Below are positions 1 through 10,429 of a stretch of 64,000 bases of DNA, in pieces. Every line of letters begins with the position of its first letter. The first letter of the stretch is position 1. Where the stretch lies: the IMG/VR virus record IMGVR_UViG_3300009702_000025, positions 1,580-65,579 of that record, one strand, 5' to 3'. This DNA is from a virus. Both the position numbers and the translations under genes were made by a program. Under the pieces are notes generated by a model. The model worked only from the letters and a program-made list of their open reading frames with translations, ran no database searches and was not told the DNA's origin.

Positions 1-2997
1 ACTCAGTGCTTCTATTCTACGAATGGAACTATCCGCTATCCTGTTAATACGGAAGTCGAACGAACGTCCTCCGTTCAGAACCAACTTCATTACATCAGTC
101 GGTTCTAGTGACATGAGAGAAGGGGGCAAACCTGTAGACATCTTTTCCCGAGACGCATAGGCTTCCCAGAGCATACCATCAGCTACACGCTTTGCGCGCT
201 GCTGATCCATGATGATAGGAAGATTTGCCGTGCTCTTACGTAAGGACTGCACATGTTGTCTACTACTTTCGACGGACCCTGACTGATAATCATTGTCACC
301 ATCAAAGTAAGTTACATTAACACGTTCCGGTAGCTCAGTCTCTTGCGCACGCGACAAAGAGTACAAGTCGGAACCCGCATTGTCTTCTACCAAGTCGTCT
401 TCGTTTAGTTCTATAGTTACACCACGGTATCCACGAGAGCGGAACTTAATCTTCCCTTCGCTCTCATAACTATCGAAAAAGAACGCAAGTTCTAACGGCT
501 GTAATGCCTGACGTGCCGACATGACGCGTTCGATAACGTAACCGTCAATGACACCACTGAGACCATCAATAGTGAATTTTGTGAAATCATAGTCAGTGAG
601 GATTGCAGAGACGACCGTAGCTAGCGGTCCATTGGCTAATCGACCTGTGAGCCAATGACCAAGCTGCCAGTTCGGGCCATCCCCCCATGTGTTCTGGTCA
701 AATGGAAATTGAGGATATGGTCGAGCATCCCATGTATAAACGAAAATGTTTGCAATATCGACCATGTAGCCAGAGTAGACCGATGATGTTAAATTACTTC
801 CAGCTACATAATCCTCATGAGTGGGATCGAAGAAGTTGTACATGGCTTGCACGTAACGACGTTGAATATAGTCATCACGTGTGCCGTTCGAGAAGTAAGG
901 AAATAAGCTCTCAGAACTTTTCGGGTCATAAAAGACGTTAGGTTGGTTTGTGCCTTTATCTACTGCCGGGCAACCTGTTTCAGTAAGCCAGAAAGGCTTA
1001 CTTTCAGGCACCCAAGCAGTAGAGGAACCACCCTCTACTCCTCCCGGTCGGTTGTAGTGCTGGTTTGACCACCAGTTTCTAATGTCTTTGAACCGGAAGA
1101 CCCACGGTTTCCCGGCACCATCCGTAATATTCGTCCGAGTTTGCGTTTCCCGGTCTGAAGTACTCGCATAATACCAGTCGTACCCTTCTCCTCCGAAGAT
1201 GTTTCCTTTGAGGTATTCAATGTCATAGATACCATCCGTTCCTGCCTGAGCATCCAAGTGTTCAAGACCGTCACGCCAGTCAGACAGTGGCCAGTAACAG
1301 TCAATGCCGATCATATCGACATTTGGGTTTGACCACAAAGGGTCAAGGTGAAAGTAAACGTCGTTTGATCCATCGCTCGGTTGGTGCCCAAAGTATTCCG
1401 ACCAGTCAGCGGCATAAGTGACTTTTGTTCCAGCACCGACAACTGATTTAACGTCCGTTGCTAGTTGCACAAGAGCGTCCACGAATGGGTACGTACTTGC
1501 GCTATCACGGAGCCACGAGCACCCTCGCATTTCTGTCCCAATTAGGAACGCATCCACACCGCCTGCTGCCTTACACAGATGTGCGTAGTGCAAGATCATT
1601 CGGCGATAAGAGAACTCAGCAGGTCCGGTGTATATGACAGTTTCTCCGCTTATCGAGAAGTCAGATACCGCAGCCGTGCCTATGAATGCGTCTACCTGAG
1701 TTTGACAAGCAGCCGTCTTATCTACTGTACCCGGTTGGTCAGGAGCAGGGTAGCAAGTTATCCTTCCTCTCCAAGGATATGGCGATTGTGATGTAGCACT
1801 ACTGTACGGATCAGGAAGTGAGTTACCGTGTGGAATGTCCATGAGAATGAAGGGATATAAAGTGCAACGAATACCGCGCGCTACCGTGTCCTGTATAGCA
1901 TGTAAGACCGATATGTCCGCAGGAGTACCGCCATAAGAAGGGCGACCTTCATAGTTAGATATTAAGTGCGCTTGTGAACGACTGAGGCCAGAAACTTCCC
2001 ATTGATAAGGAGAAGTTACCTTGTCTGGATCATCAGTACCGGGCTTAATGTAACAATTACCTATACGAAGATCATTGCCAAACCACGATACAATGATTGA
2101 ACTAGCTTCCAAGTTGTCCAGTGTGTCTTCAAGCTGATCCGTAGAGACAGTCCAGTCAGTACCGTCAAGGTACGAATGGACGTTCTCTGCTACAGTCACA
2201 CCACTGAAACTACCGTTACTGTCGGCAAGTTGTTTCTCAGTTGTAACCTCAGTTGTATCGTAAGCGAACTCACCAGATGCAGGAATAATGTTAACTGCAC
2301 GAACAACTTCTTCGAACTCATCAACTGCGCGAAACACTTCGAACGTCAAGTTAGGTATACGGTTCCCAAAGTCTACCAAATGCATACGTTCAAAAACTAC
2401 GTAGGCCGTATTTCTATAGCTCGGAGTGTTATCTGTTCCTTGCTTGCCAGATATTAAACTATCACGTGACTGATTGCCTTTACCTTTGTAAACACGGAAG
2501 TTATGGTTGGATTGTTTAAGTTCCTTACCATCTGCCCATATACGACCAACGCGAGTTATCTTACCTTCACAAAGTCCTACTGCAAAATTGGCGTAGTAGT
2601 CGTATGTGATTTGCGTAACATCTCCTCCGCCACCTCCGCCCCCGAAGCCTTTACCTCCGCCGCCGCCTCCTCCGCCACCACCACTCGTTTTGCGTGTGAC
2701 GACTTCATCATAGCGGGTAGCCCAAATCATTTGACCACCGATACGTGCACGGCCATAGATGCGAGGAATAGGGGAGCCTTCAGAAGACGACGTAACATTA
2801 AGGTCCGTGAGCCGTGGACCCTCAACCACTTGTGTTTGACCGCTGGAGCTAAAAAGCATGTTATCGATATAGGCACCAACTAGTGAGCCGACGACCCGAC
2901 CTACAGCCGCACCAACAGCAACCCCGGCGAACGCGACACCGGGAAGGACGGCGCTACCAACTGCCGCGCCAACTGCTGCTAGTGCAATAGTAGCCAT
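1..2997 (-). CDS. GTA g15-like tail tip/baseplate hub protein with glycoside-hydrolase TIM-barrel-like region; partial, runs off the left end of the window
   Basis: Manually translated from ATG at 2997: MATIALAAVGAAVGSAVLPG...EGPRLTDLNVTSSSEGSPIPRIYGRARIGGQMIWATR, then YRNTAYVVFE, IVSWFGNDLR, YGGTPAD, PYPWRGR. These motifs are typical of RcGTA g15 homologs. Missing from the ORF track because no stop occurs in the window. Confidence 0.9.
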   Translation of the reverse strand, partial: MATIALAAVGAAVGSAVLPGVAFAGVAVGAAVGRVVGSLVGAYIDNMLFSSSGQTQVVEGPRLTDLNVTSSSEGSPIPRIYGRARIGGQMIWATRYDEVVTRKTSGGGGGGGGGGKGFGGGGGGGDVTQITYDYYANFAVGLCEGKITRVGRIWADGKELKQSNHNFRVYKGKGNQSRDSLISGKQGTDNTPSYRNTAYVVFERMHLVDFGNRIPNLTFEVFRAVDEFEEVVRAVNIIPASGEFAYDTTEVTTEKQLADSNGSFSGVTVAENVHSYLDGTDWTVSTDQLEDTLDNLEASSIIVSWFGNDLRIGNCYIKPGTDDPDKVTSPYQWEVSGLSRSQAHLISNYEGRPSYGGTPADISVLHAIQDTVARGIRCTLYPFILMDIPHGNSLPDPYSSATSQSPYPWRGRITCYPAPDQPGTVDKTAACQTQVDAFIGTAAVSDFSISGETVIYTGPAEFSYRRMILHYAHLCKAAGGVDAFLIGTEMRGCSWLRDSASTYPFVDALVQLATDVKSVVGAGTKVTYAADWSEYFGHQPSDGSNDVYFHLDPLWSNPNVDMIGIDCYWPLSDWRDGLEHLDAQAGTDGIYDIEYLKGNIFGGEGYDWYYASTSDRETQTRTNITDGAGKPWVFRFKDIRNWWSNQHYNRPGGVEGGSSTAWVPESKPFWLTETGCPAVDKGTNQPNVFYDPKSSESLFPYFSNGTRDDYIQRRYVQAMYNFFDPTHEDYVAGSNLTSSVYSGYMVDIANIFVYTWDARPYPQFPFDQNTWGDGPNWQLGHWLTGRLANGPLATVVSAILTDYDFTKFTIDGLSGVIDGYVIERVMSARQALQPLELAFFFDSYESEGKIKFRSRGYRGVTIELNEDDLVEDNAGSDLYSLSRAQETELPERVNVTYFDGDNDYQSGSVESSRQHVQSLRKSTANLPIIMDQQRAKRVADGMLWEAYASREKMSTGLPPSLMSLEPTDVMKLVLNGGRSFDFRINRIADSSIRRIEALS

Positions 2998-3549
2998 TTA
3001 TAATTGTCTCTCCTGCGTGCTCAACTCAACAATGCATGGGTACTCAAACACTGCTGTGATACGTTTCTGCCACCATTCGTTAAGGTCTACTTCGGTACAA
3101 TTTATACCTTCTTGCGAATGTACCATGCACTCGACTTCCATGTCAGTATCACGTTTAGTCAGAATACCAGTGTGTTTAGCGACACCATCACGGTTCATTC
3201 GGAACAATAGGATATCACCGGGAGCGCGAGCCTCAATATCCTCTTTTAACACCATGTGCTTACATGCTAAGTCATACATGATCTCTTTGTTACGGCTTTC
3301 CATCCAATTCTGAGAATATCGGATTGGTACTTCCGGTTCGTTTACGTAAAGATCACGCCAGACACCACGAATAAGGCCGAGACAATCACAGCCCACGCCT
3401 TTTACTGTCTCTTGATGATGATATGGTGTGCCGATCCATTCACGAACGTTTTGGACGATTTGTGCGCGTGTGATCTGGAACTCATTGGGTTTGTATTTTG
3501 GTCCAACGTATTCCGTCTTGACTTGTTTTTGTATTGCAACTTCAACCAT
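2998..3549 (-). CDS. NlpC/P60 family phage cell-wall peptidase (GTA g14-like)
   Basis: WIGTPYHHQ...GCDCLGLIRGVW catalytic Cys motif, AKHTGIL His motif; position between DUF2163 and g15-like genes. Confidence 0.92.
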   Translation of the reverse strand: MVEVAIQKQVKTEYVGPKYKPNEFQITRAQIVQNVREWIGTPYHHQETVKGVGCDCLGLIRGVWRDLYVNEPEVPIRYSQNWMESRNKEIMYDLACKHMVLKEDIEARAPGDILLFRMNRDGVAKHTGILTKRDTDMEVECMVHSQEGINCTEVDLNEWWQKRITAVFEYPCIVELSTQERQL

Positions 3550-4442
3550 CAGAAAATACCTCCGTCATTTTTAGGATCATCACGTATCGGATATTGAGTA
3601 ATAAAGTCATTTCCCGGCATAGAGGGAAAGCCTTGATAGTTTATCGTGTTAGAGAACTTGTCCCTGCAAGTTTGTGGTTGTTTGTCACACCCTGCAATGA
3701 TGTCGAACGTGTGCCCTACTTGAACTTCAAAAGGCATAGACTGCCAAAGTACAACTATAACCTCCCCAAGTTCATTCTTCAGATGTGACTTAACTTCCAT
3801 GTACCTGTTGAGATTTGGACCACTGGTCCACTTCACTAGTCCATGTGTAAACCAAGACTGATTGTAGACATCTAGTCCAGTAGCTTTGAAACTAGAATTA
3901 TTAGACACAACGTCTACTGTACCATTACCTGTGAAGGTAGCTGAGGACAAATCAACTTTACAACGTTCATCTCCTAAATCAGCATCGCACGAATACTGAA
4001 ATAAACGTCCTCTTTCCTGTTGAAGTTCATGGGCAAGACCACGCATCTCTGCAACGAACATCTTTTGTGTCCGTTTGAGTTCGCCCATGTTTCCCGTCTT
4101 CACTAACAAGTACTGCGTAGGATCGATCCAGTTAATTCGGTAGATTTCAACAAACGCATTATCGTACAAGCCAGCAGCAATTTCATCTTCTGATAAACGA
4201 TCTGACTGAATAGCTCCTTCAATATCCAGATTGTCAACATTCAAACCTATGGTGCTCTCGACTTCCGAGGCAGTGATGCCACTCGATGCTTCGAAAGAAG
4301 TACCGAGCAAAGAAATGTCCTCATCATGGTCTGTGAAGCCAAGTTTCACTCCATCTGTTCTAGTCACACGCCAGCACCAAGCTAGCGTTGTGACACCAGT
4401 ATCTAAGTGGTTTTGCAGTGCAGTTTGTATACTTCTGACCAT
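3549..4442 (-). CDS. DUF2163 family baseplate hub protein (GTA g13-like)
   Basis: TTLAWCWRVTRTDGVKLGFTDHD, CDADLGDERC, AGCDKQPQTCRDKFSNTINYQGFP. Start placed at ATG 4442 just after the DUF2460 stop, not at 4562 as in the track. Confidence 0.92.
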   Translation of the reverse strand: MVRSIQTALQNHLDTGVTTLAWCWRVTRTDGVKLGFTDHDEDISLLGTSFEASSGITASEVESTIGLNVDNLDIEGAIQSDRLSEDEIAAGLYDNAFVEIYRINWIDPTQYLLVKTGNMGELKRTQKMFVAEMRGLAHELQQERGRLFQYSCDADLGDERCKVDLSSATFTGNGTVDVVSNNSSFKATGLDVYNQSWFTHGLVKWTSGPNLNRYMEVKSHLKNELGEVIVVLWQSMPFEVQVGHTFDIIAGCDKQPQTCRDKFSNTINYQGFPSMPGNDFITQYPIRDDPKNDGGIF

Positions 4443-4446
4443 TAGT

Positions 4447-5082
4447 CTAAATCCTGATCTCCATGACCTTGATGTTCGGGAACTGGCCGTGTTCACAACT
4501 ATCAAGGCTGTAGACAATACGCTCATCGGCGAACCGGACAGGCACATCAAATTCGTAGCCACACGAAATTACGGCTCCGTTCGCAGGAGCAAAGTTGAAT
4601 GTGACAATACCGGTGTCCAAGTCCACTGTGTAATCGGTTGTGATAGTTTGAAGCAAACCGTTCACACCAACCAGCAAAGTTCCCGACACCAGTTTCTTTA
4701 TTTCTCGAACGTAGGGAGAATAAACGGAACCGTAAGTCTTGTAGACTTGGAAATCAGTTGTAGAACCATCTCCGGCTGCTATGACTTGATCGTCAAGTGA
4801 CAAAGCGTTCTTAGGATTAGTTGAGTTATAATCCATGAAGTCCTTAAAGCGAAACCCATGAAGTTGTCCACGTCTCTCTTCAAAGAACTCCAATATTTCG
4901 AACAGTTCGGACACATTTTTTACGCCGTATCCTACATCATAGGTCCGCTTGGAATGTGCCCATCGCTGATTACGTTCTTCAAAGCCAGACGACATGGCAA
5001 CAATATCCGTTCGCCGCTCTGGTCCTCCCTGAGCGCCGCGTGCAATCTTGTCTGGAAATCTGGTTTCATGAAACACTGACAT
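4447..5082 (-). CDS. DUF2460 family distal tail protein (GTA g12-like)
   Basis: FHETRFPDKIARGAQGGPERRTDIV..SGFEERNQRWA, FFEERRGQLHGFRFKD, GYEFDVPVRF. Confidence 0.93.
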   Translation of the reverse strand: MSVFHETRFPDKIARGAQGGPERRTDIVAMSSGFEERNQRWAHSKRTYDVGYGVKNVSELFEILEFFEERRGQLHGFRFKDFMDYNSTNPKNALSLDDQVIAAGDGSTTDFQVYKTYGSVYSPYVREIKKLVSGTLLVGVNGLLQTITTDYTVDLDTGIVTFNFAPANGAVISCGYEFDVPVRFADERIVYSLDSCEHGQFPNIKVMEIRI

Positions 5083-5099
5083 GTCGTGATACTACACCG

Positions 5100-8000
5100 C
5101 TACATGTTTCGGCGACCACGGCCTACTGCCCTACTCAACATTGCTGATACCTGTCCTTCTGATTTCTGGAAGCTCTGTGCATCCGTAGCTGTAACGTTGA
5201 AGTTTATTTGTACCATACCTCCTTTGTCAGGGCCATCATTGTCAGCAATGCCTAGAACTCCCCCTTTTCGCTTCAGGGGAATAATCGCTTCTGATCCAGC
5301 TTCACCGAATACTCCGGCTTTACCGCCATTGAATGAGAATGGCGTATCTCTGTTCACTACTCCACCTTTAGCAAACGCTTTAACAGGGCCGGGACCAACT
5401 GCATTGCTGAATAAATTACTGAACGCACCTCCTAAAAAGCCGCCCGTACCACTATTAGAAGCACTGGTTTGTCCAAATCCGAACACGCCTTGCATAAGGG
5501 GACGGAGAACATTGAACTTTATAATCATGGCGAGTATGTCTTTGATTATAGATTTTGCCATGCTTTTGAACGCATCCCCAAATGAACCGAATGTTAGATC
5601 ACCTTCTACTGCCAAGCCCGCAATACTATCCGCAAATCCGTCTACTGCTCCAATTATCTTGTCCTTTATTTGCTTATCCAACTTATCTAAATCAGTTTTG
5701 ACTTCTTTAGTAGAAGCGGAAACCTTCTTCGTAGATACACTTAGTGCTTCCAACTTTGTTTTATATTCTTCTGTCTTAGCAGTGATCTCGCTCATAGGCC
5801 GACCAGCATTTTCAAGTTCAACGCGGAACTTTTCTACTTCTCTATTAATTCGCTGTTGTTTATCGAACACAGCTAATTGTCCTTGTGAGAATGCTTCATA
5901 TCGTGCACGTAAGGTTTCCAGAGCAGTATTTGCGCTATTAGCAGCCTTCTCTTGGAACAAAGCTCTCTGTGCTGCTTCTAATTCAGCTATCTTTACTGAT
6001 ACCACTTCAGCAGTAAGACCTACTTTTCGCAGCTTTAGTGATAATGCTTGCCCTTCTTCACCTAATTTCCTGAAGTATATTTCAGCACTAGAAGTTGAAT
6101 TACGCACATCGAAGAGTTCTTGATTAACCCGTTCAATTTTGTCAAGCAAATTAACGTAGACTTTAGCACCTTCTCCTCCTCGGCCACTACGAAGTAGCGC
6201 GCGGTCAGCATCGCCAATCTTTCGCAGCAATGTATTATACAAACCAGCAGCACGAGACAAATCTATTGCCAACTCGGAATTTTTAGACTTCAATGTATCA
6301 AGTGCTTTTACTGCATCCTGAACATTTCTGATATTGAACAAATTACCTACATTCTTACGAATTTGAGTTAGTATAGGTTCGTACATGTTAGTAGCGTTTT
6401 GTTTGACAGCCGCTTTGTATCTAACAATTTGAGTAACTAGGTCATCAATCAACCGCTTGTTAGCGTCACGTTGTGCTTTAATATCCTCAATAATCCGTGA
6501 AGTAGATTGTAGTGACACTTGTCCTGACTGTTCGAACGCTTTGAAGAACGCGTCGATACGAGCAGTCAGATCATCCGTATCCTTGATCGCTGCCTTGGCC
6601 TCAGAAGAGAAGAATGCAAGTGCGGCAGCTACACCTGTTAACGCCAAGCCGACCAGACCGAGCGCTTTCTTGAAGCGCCCCATCTTGCCTATGAGGCCAG
6701 TCATGGTCTGCCCCCATCTCGTAAAGCCAAGCACGACCGTGCTGATTTGTAGTGCGGCAATACCTGCTACGACTGTCGACAAGATATTGACCAGCGTATC
6801 AGCGTTACCGATAAGGAACTGTACCACACTACCCCAGAACGTCATAGCTTGTGCAGTGGCTTTTGTCTTCTCATCCAGCTTGGCCATCTGATCGGAGACC
6901 TTGAGTATGCGTTCTCTCCATGCATCGTATGGAGCATTCGTGCGCTCTACTTGATCTAGGTGCTTCTTCAACCCTGTCTTCAAACGATTAACTTCTCTTG
7001 TCCACTTATCTACTGACGCAGGGCGTGAACTCTGAGACAGGAAGCGTTGTGCACTCTTTAGCGCTTTGTTAAAGGCGGATGTGATCTTGTCTTGTGGCCC
7101 GGTGATCTGTGACGTGACGCTATCAATTAGAGCATCAGGATCAACGGACGGACGGATAACAATTCCACTTTCAAGATCCTTCTTGAACACCGTGACCATA
7201 CGGTCCAGTTCTTTACGGATTGAAGCTTCATTACCAAATAGTGCACCACTTAGATCGAACTCTTTGGTAGAACCACGGATCGATTGAGTAATATGGTCAA
7301 CTGCTTTCTGTGCACGCTTGGCTGCGTCTGCGCTCTCGCTGCCTGTACCAAAAATGCGGTCAATCAGGCCCTTACCACCGACAATAGCAACTGCTGACCC
7401 GATCACGCCAACAAGTGCTCTCCACGCAATACCCAACTTGCCGATAGCTTCGCCAGCAGCACGTGCCTTTGAAGCTGACACAGCCAACCACGATACAAGT
7501 TTAAGTCCTCCGAGTAGCGAAAGAACGGAGAACAACAACTTCATTGCTTTAGCAAAACCTTCAGTATTCCCACGTAGAACACGGAGAGCCGCACTAGTAT
7601 CATTGAACAGGTTCTTAAGTTCTTCAGTGAAACCAAGTGACTTGTCCAGATCACGAACGAACAGGTCGAAGTTGGTTGAAAGACGGGAATATGCTGCTGA
7701 CAGTGTGTTGACTGCTCTGCCTGTTTCGACACCAAACATATCTCGTAGTTCGCGCGTGAACGCTGGAACGAACTTGGTAGCATCGATTAAACCCTTCTGC
7801 ATGTCCTTGACGAATTGGCCCATGGAGATGTTCATATCGCCAAGCATCTTGCGGTAGGTACGCAGTGCGGCTAGTGCAGCACCGGGAAGTCTGTCACCCA
7901 ATTGCTGACGAAGCTCTTCAGCGAATACACGACCTTTTGAGAGCATCTGTTCAAGTGCTTTGACAATACCGGCGACTTCATCAGTCGGTAGACCAAATGC

Positions 8001-9623
8001 ACCTGATACAGCGGATATATCCTCCACCATGCGTTGAAATCTACGTCCCTCTATACCGGCAGCACGCGTAGCGAACGCGAACTTGGCAAACGGTCGTGCG
8101 ATCTTACTCAATGCTAGACCATACAAGTCAGCTTGCTTGGCAAGAAACTTAAAGGTCTCTCCTTGTTCACGTCCTCCCTTATCAACAAACCCGAGGAGAC
8201 GTTCTACTTGATCGAGTTCTTTAGCCACACGGATTGCTTCTTTTGCCAGTTTGGCAAGGATCGCAACACCACCTGAAATAGTAGCAAACAGGAGAGCCAT
8301 TTTTAGGTCAGCGCGACCGGCAATAGCAGTCAGAGCAGTAAGTCGTGCGCCAATACCGGATAGAGGACCAACTGCCAAAACGGTCGCGCTGGACAGGTTG
8401 CGTATGGATGCAGTCAAATCTGTAGCTGACGTAGCTGCATCCTTGATACCCTTGGAACTAAGGGCTTTCTGCGCACGTTCTGCTTCTTTTGCCAACTTGG
8501 TTTGCAACTTCTCAAGTCGGGAGACCTCCGTTTGTACCTTCTTGTAAGCAGCTTGTTGCTGTTGAAGACCAAGGTTGATCTTCTGTTGCATCTCAGCTTC
8601 GCGAGCTAGCTTTCTGGTAGTACCTGTCTCTAACTTAGCTTTCTTCAAGCGTAACTCAGCATCAGCTTCAGCTTCAGTAAGCCGGGTCTTTCTAATCTTG
8701 GCCTTAATCTCTTCATTAGCTGCAAGAGCCGCTTGTTGTGCAGCAGTACGCTTCACTCTCCCCATCTTCTGGATCAACGCGAGTTCATTATCGAACTCCT
8801 CATTAATGGCCGTTTCTTGTGCCTTGCTAGACAATTTGGTAGCTGCAATTTTACGTGCAGCTTCTTCTTCGATAGCTGCAGCACGAGCACGAGCTAACTC
8901 CGTAATGGCCTGTATCTCTTTGCGTCCAGTGTCTTGTATCGCCTGTATTTTGCGTGACTGTGCATTCTTCGTGGCTACAACCTGTCGCTCAGCCGCATCC
9001 TGATTAACTTTAGTGATGCGTTGTTGCGTCTCGACGGCCACACGTTCAGACTGCAAGGCTTCGTTCGCCTTAACCTTTCGTATGATAGCAAGCTGCCGCT
9101 CTATCTCCTGTGGAGAGATATCACCCTCCACGTTAGTTACCGACTGCATATTTAGCCGAAGCTGTTCCATCTCCTTTGCTAAGTTCTTTACAGCTTTTTT
9201 CTTGGACACTACGCCTTCTACATTGAAGGCGGCTTTACTCATGCCCATCTGTCTAGCAAGTTCCTCGGAATGCTTCTTATCCAGAGGCAGCAATTGCGAA
9301 ACTGTTTTACGATAGGCTTCCGCTAATTGGCGAAGCTCTCGTTGTGGACGACCGGCAGCAACAAGTTCCCTCTGAAGTGCGCCAACTTCAGAAGTAACTC
9401 GCTGTATAGCTTGGAAAGTATTCTCAAACTCTTGAACTTTCAAGCGATCTCCTCTGTTACCAAGAAGGTTGCTTGAACTATCGTTCATGCGCTTGACTGC
9501 CTCCTCCATCTTTTTGGAGAAGGCGTCAATACGAAACTCGGCTTCTTTAATACCACGAGCGCTATCTTCCATGCCGACATTAAGTACGGCCTTCAAATTA
9601 GCTATGATGGTTTCTGACGCCAT
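5100..9623 (-). CDS. Tail tape measure protein (1507 aa)
   Basis: Long helical Ala/Lys/Glu-rich protein; ALEQMLSKGRVFAEELRQQLGDRLPGA tape-measure motif; C-terminal FAKGGVV..GEAGSEAIIPL and FQKSEGQVSAMLSRAVGRGRRN as in GTA-like TMPs. Confidence 0.93.
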   Translation of the reverse strand: MASETIIANLKAVLNVGMEDSARGIKEAEFRIDAFSKKMEEAVKRMNDSSSNLLGNRGDRLKVQEFENTFQAIQRVTSEVGALQRELVAAGRPQRELRQLAEAYRKTVSQLLPLDKKHSEELARQMGMSKAAFNVEGVVSKKKAVKNLAKEMEQLRLNMQSVTNVEGDISPQEIERQLAIIRKVKANEALQSERVAVETQQRITKVNQDAAERQVVATKNAQSRKIQAIQDTGRKEIQAITELARARAAAIEEEAARKIAATKLSSKAQETAINEEFDNELALIQKMGRVKRTAAQQAALAANEEIKAKIRKTRLTEAEADAELRLKKAKLETGTTRKLAREAEMQQKINLGLQQQQAAYKKVQTEVSRLEKLQTKLAKEAERAQKALSSKGIKDAATSATDLTASIRNLSSATVLAVGPLSGIGARLTALTAIAGRADLKMALLFATISGGVAILAKLAKEAIRVAKELDQVERLLGFVDKGGREQGETFKFLAKQADLYGLALSKIARPFAKFAFATRAAGIEGRRFQRMVEDISAVSGAFGLPTDEVAGIVKALEQMLSKGRVFAEELRQQLGDRLPGAALAALRTYRKMLGDMNISMGQFVKDMQKGLIDATKFVPAFTRELRDMFGVETGRAVNTLSAAYSRLSTNFDLFVRDLDKSLGFTEELKNLFNDTSAALRVLRGNTEGFAKAMKLLFSVLSLLGGLKLVSWLAVSASKARAAGEAIGKLGIAWRALVGVIGSAVAIVGGKGLIDRIFGTGSESADAAKRAQKAVDHITQSIRGSTKEFDLSGALFGNEASIRKELDRMVTVFKKDLESGIVIRPSVDPDALIDSVTSQITGPQDKITSAFNKALKSAQRFLSQSSRPASVDKWTREVNRLKTGLKKHLDQVERTNAPYDAWRERILKVSDQMAKLDEKTKATAQAMTFWGSVVQFLIGNADTLVNILSTVVAGIAALQISTVVLGFTRWGQTMTGLIGKMGRFKKALGLVGLALTGVAAALAFFSSEAKAAIKDTDDLTARIDAFFKAFEQSGQVSLQSTSRIIEDIKAQRDANKRLIDDLVTQIVRYKAAVKQNATNMYEPILTQIRKNVGNLFNIRNVQDAVKALDTLKSKNSELAIDLSRAAGLYNTLLRKIGDADRALLRSGRGGEGAKVYVNLLDKIERVNQELFDVRNSTSSAEIYFRKLGEEGQALSLKLRKVGLTAEVVSVKIAELEAAQRALFQEKAANSANTALETLRARYEAFSQGQLAVFDKQQRINREVEKFRVELENAGRPMSEITAKTEEYKTKLEALSVSTKKVSASTKEVKTDLDKLDKQIKDKIIGAVDGFADSIAGLAVEGDLTFGSFGDAFKSMAKSIIKDILAMIIKFNVLRPLMQGVFGFGQTSASNSGTGGFLGGAFSNLFSNAVGPGPVKAFAKGGVVNRDTPFSFNGGKAGVFGEAGSEAIIPLKRKGGVLGIADNDGPDKGGMVQINFNVTATDAQSFQKSEGQVSAMLSRAVGRGRRNM

Positions 9624-9665
9624 GTCCCCCGGTCCCGTAGTAGTGGTATTAGTAAATTACACCAG

Positions 9666-9824
9666 TTACTTCTGTTTATGTGCTTCGTTCTTTATCCTGA
9701 TGTAGGCTAAGTACCTAGCAAACTCTTCGGGTCCAACCGTATCCATTACCTCCCACTCGAATTTGCCTAATAACTCACAGACCGCTAGAACGTTTATGCG
9801 GCCTGGGTTGTGCCGGAGTTTTTT
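9666..9824 (-). CDS. -1 frameshift extension of the tail assembly chaperone (gpGT-like)
   Basis: The -1 frame after the heptamer at 9818-9824 reads KLRHNPGRINVLAVCELLGKFEWEVMDTVGPEEFARYLAYIRIKNEAHKQK* and ends at TAA 9666-9668, just before the TMP. Confidence 0.8.
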   Translation of the reverse strand, partial: KKLRHNPGRINVLAVCELLGKFEWEVMDTVGPEEFARYLAYIRIKNEAHKQK

Positions 9825-10429
9825 TCCTGATCCTTAACAGACACTTTCGTAAGGTCACGTATGGTATCAGAAAGTCGGTCAAAATCATCACCAAACGGAA
9901 GAGACATAAGTTCCTCGGTATGTTCAATACCGAAAACTTTCTCATTCGTGCCCGGAACATAGGCGTAGCGAATGATAGTCTTAACCAATGATAACTGCTT
10001 GTCACCGTCGTCTTCTTCTGCTGCCAATTCGGAAATAGCGCCAAGTGTCTGCTGACGAATTTCGATGTCCTGACCAAAGAAGCGAATGACCTTCTTCTTC
10101 AGTTGCTTGTTGGCACCTGAGAAGATCGCAGCGCGCATATTCGCGGCGATATTACCACCACCATTAGCGTGGGGAGGAACAGACGCTTGTGCAACAGGCA
10201 CGACGTTACCCGGCTGTCCCTGCCTTGCTACGAGCGCCGCAGCGCTTACTTGACTGTCCCCACTGACATTTGAAGGATCGAATTGTGCAGTACCACCATT
10301 CTGTTCGGCCATAAGGTCAGCCGCCGTTAGCGCCCTTCCCTTACCTGCACCGCTGCTATTTCGTTTCTGCGTCGGTGACTGGACCACTGGGCCTGTAGTT
10401 CCGGCTTCGTCCTGTTCTTTCTCTGACAT
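9794..10429 (-). CDS. Tail assembly chaperone (lambda gpG-like)
   Basis: Position between tail tube and TMP; ends just after a slippery A-AAA-AAC site; start codon uncertain because the N-terminus is low complexity. Confidence 0.75.
   Translation of the reverse strand: MSEKEQDEAGTTGPVVQSPTQKRNSSGAGKGRALTAADLMAEQNGGTAQFDPSNVSGDSQVSAAALVARQGQPGNVVPVAQASVPPHANGGGNIAANMRAAIFSGANKQLKKKVIRFFGQDIEIRQQTLGAISELAAEEDDGDKQLSLVKTIIRYAYVPGTNEKVFGIEHTEELMSLPFGDDFDRLSDTIRDLTKVSVKDQEKNSGTTQAA
9818..9824 (-). promoter_or_regulatory. Programmed -1 ribosomal frameshift heptamer A AAA AAC
   Basis: mRNA CAG GAA AAA AAC TCC; fits X XXY YYZ in the chaperone reading frame. Confidence 0.8.

Noticed and set aside
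4443-4562. Track start of DUF2163 at 4562
   Set aside because: Overlaps DUF2460 by over 100 nt; family similarity starts at the Met at 4442
5086-9315. Long plus-strand ORFs opposite the TMP (e.g. 5086-6123, 7318-7857, 8575-9003)
   Set aside because: Antisense shadows with Ser/Ala/Leu-rich composition, no RBS and no recognisable motifs; the same applies to most short overlapping ORFs in the track
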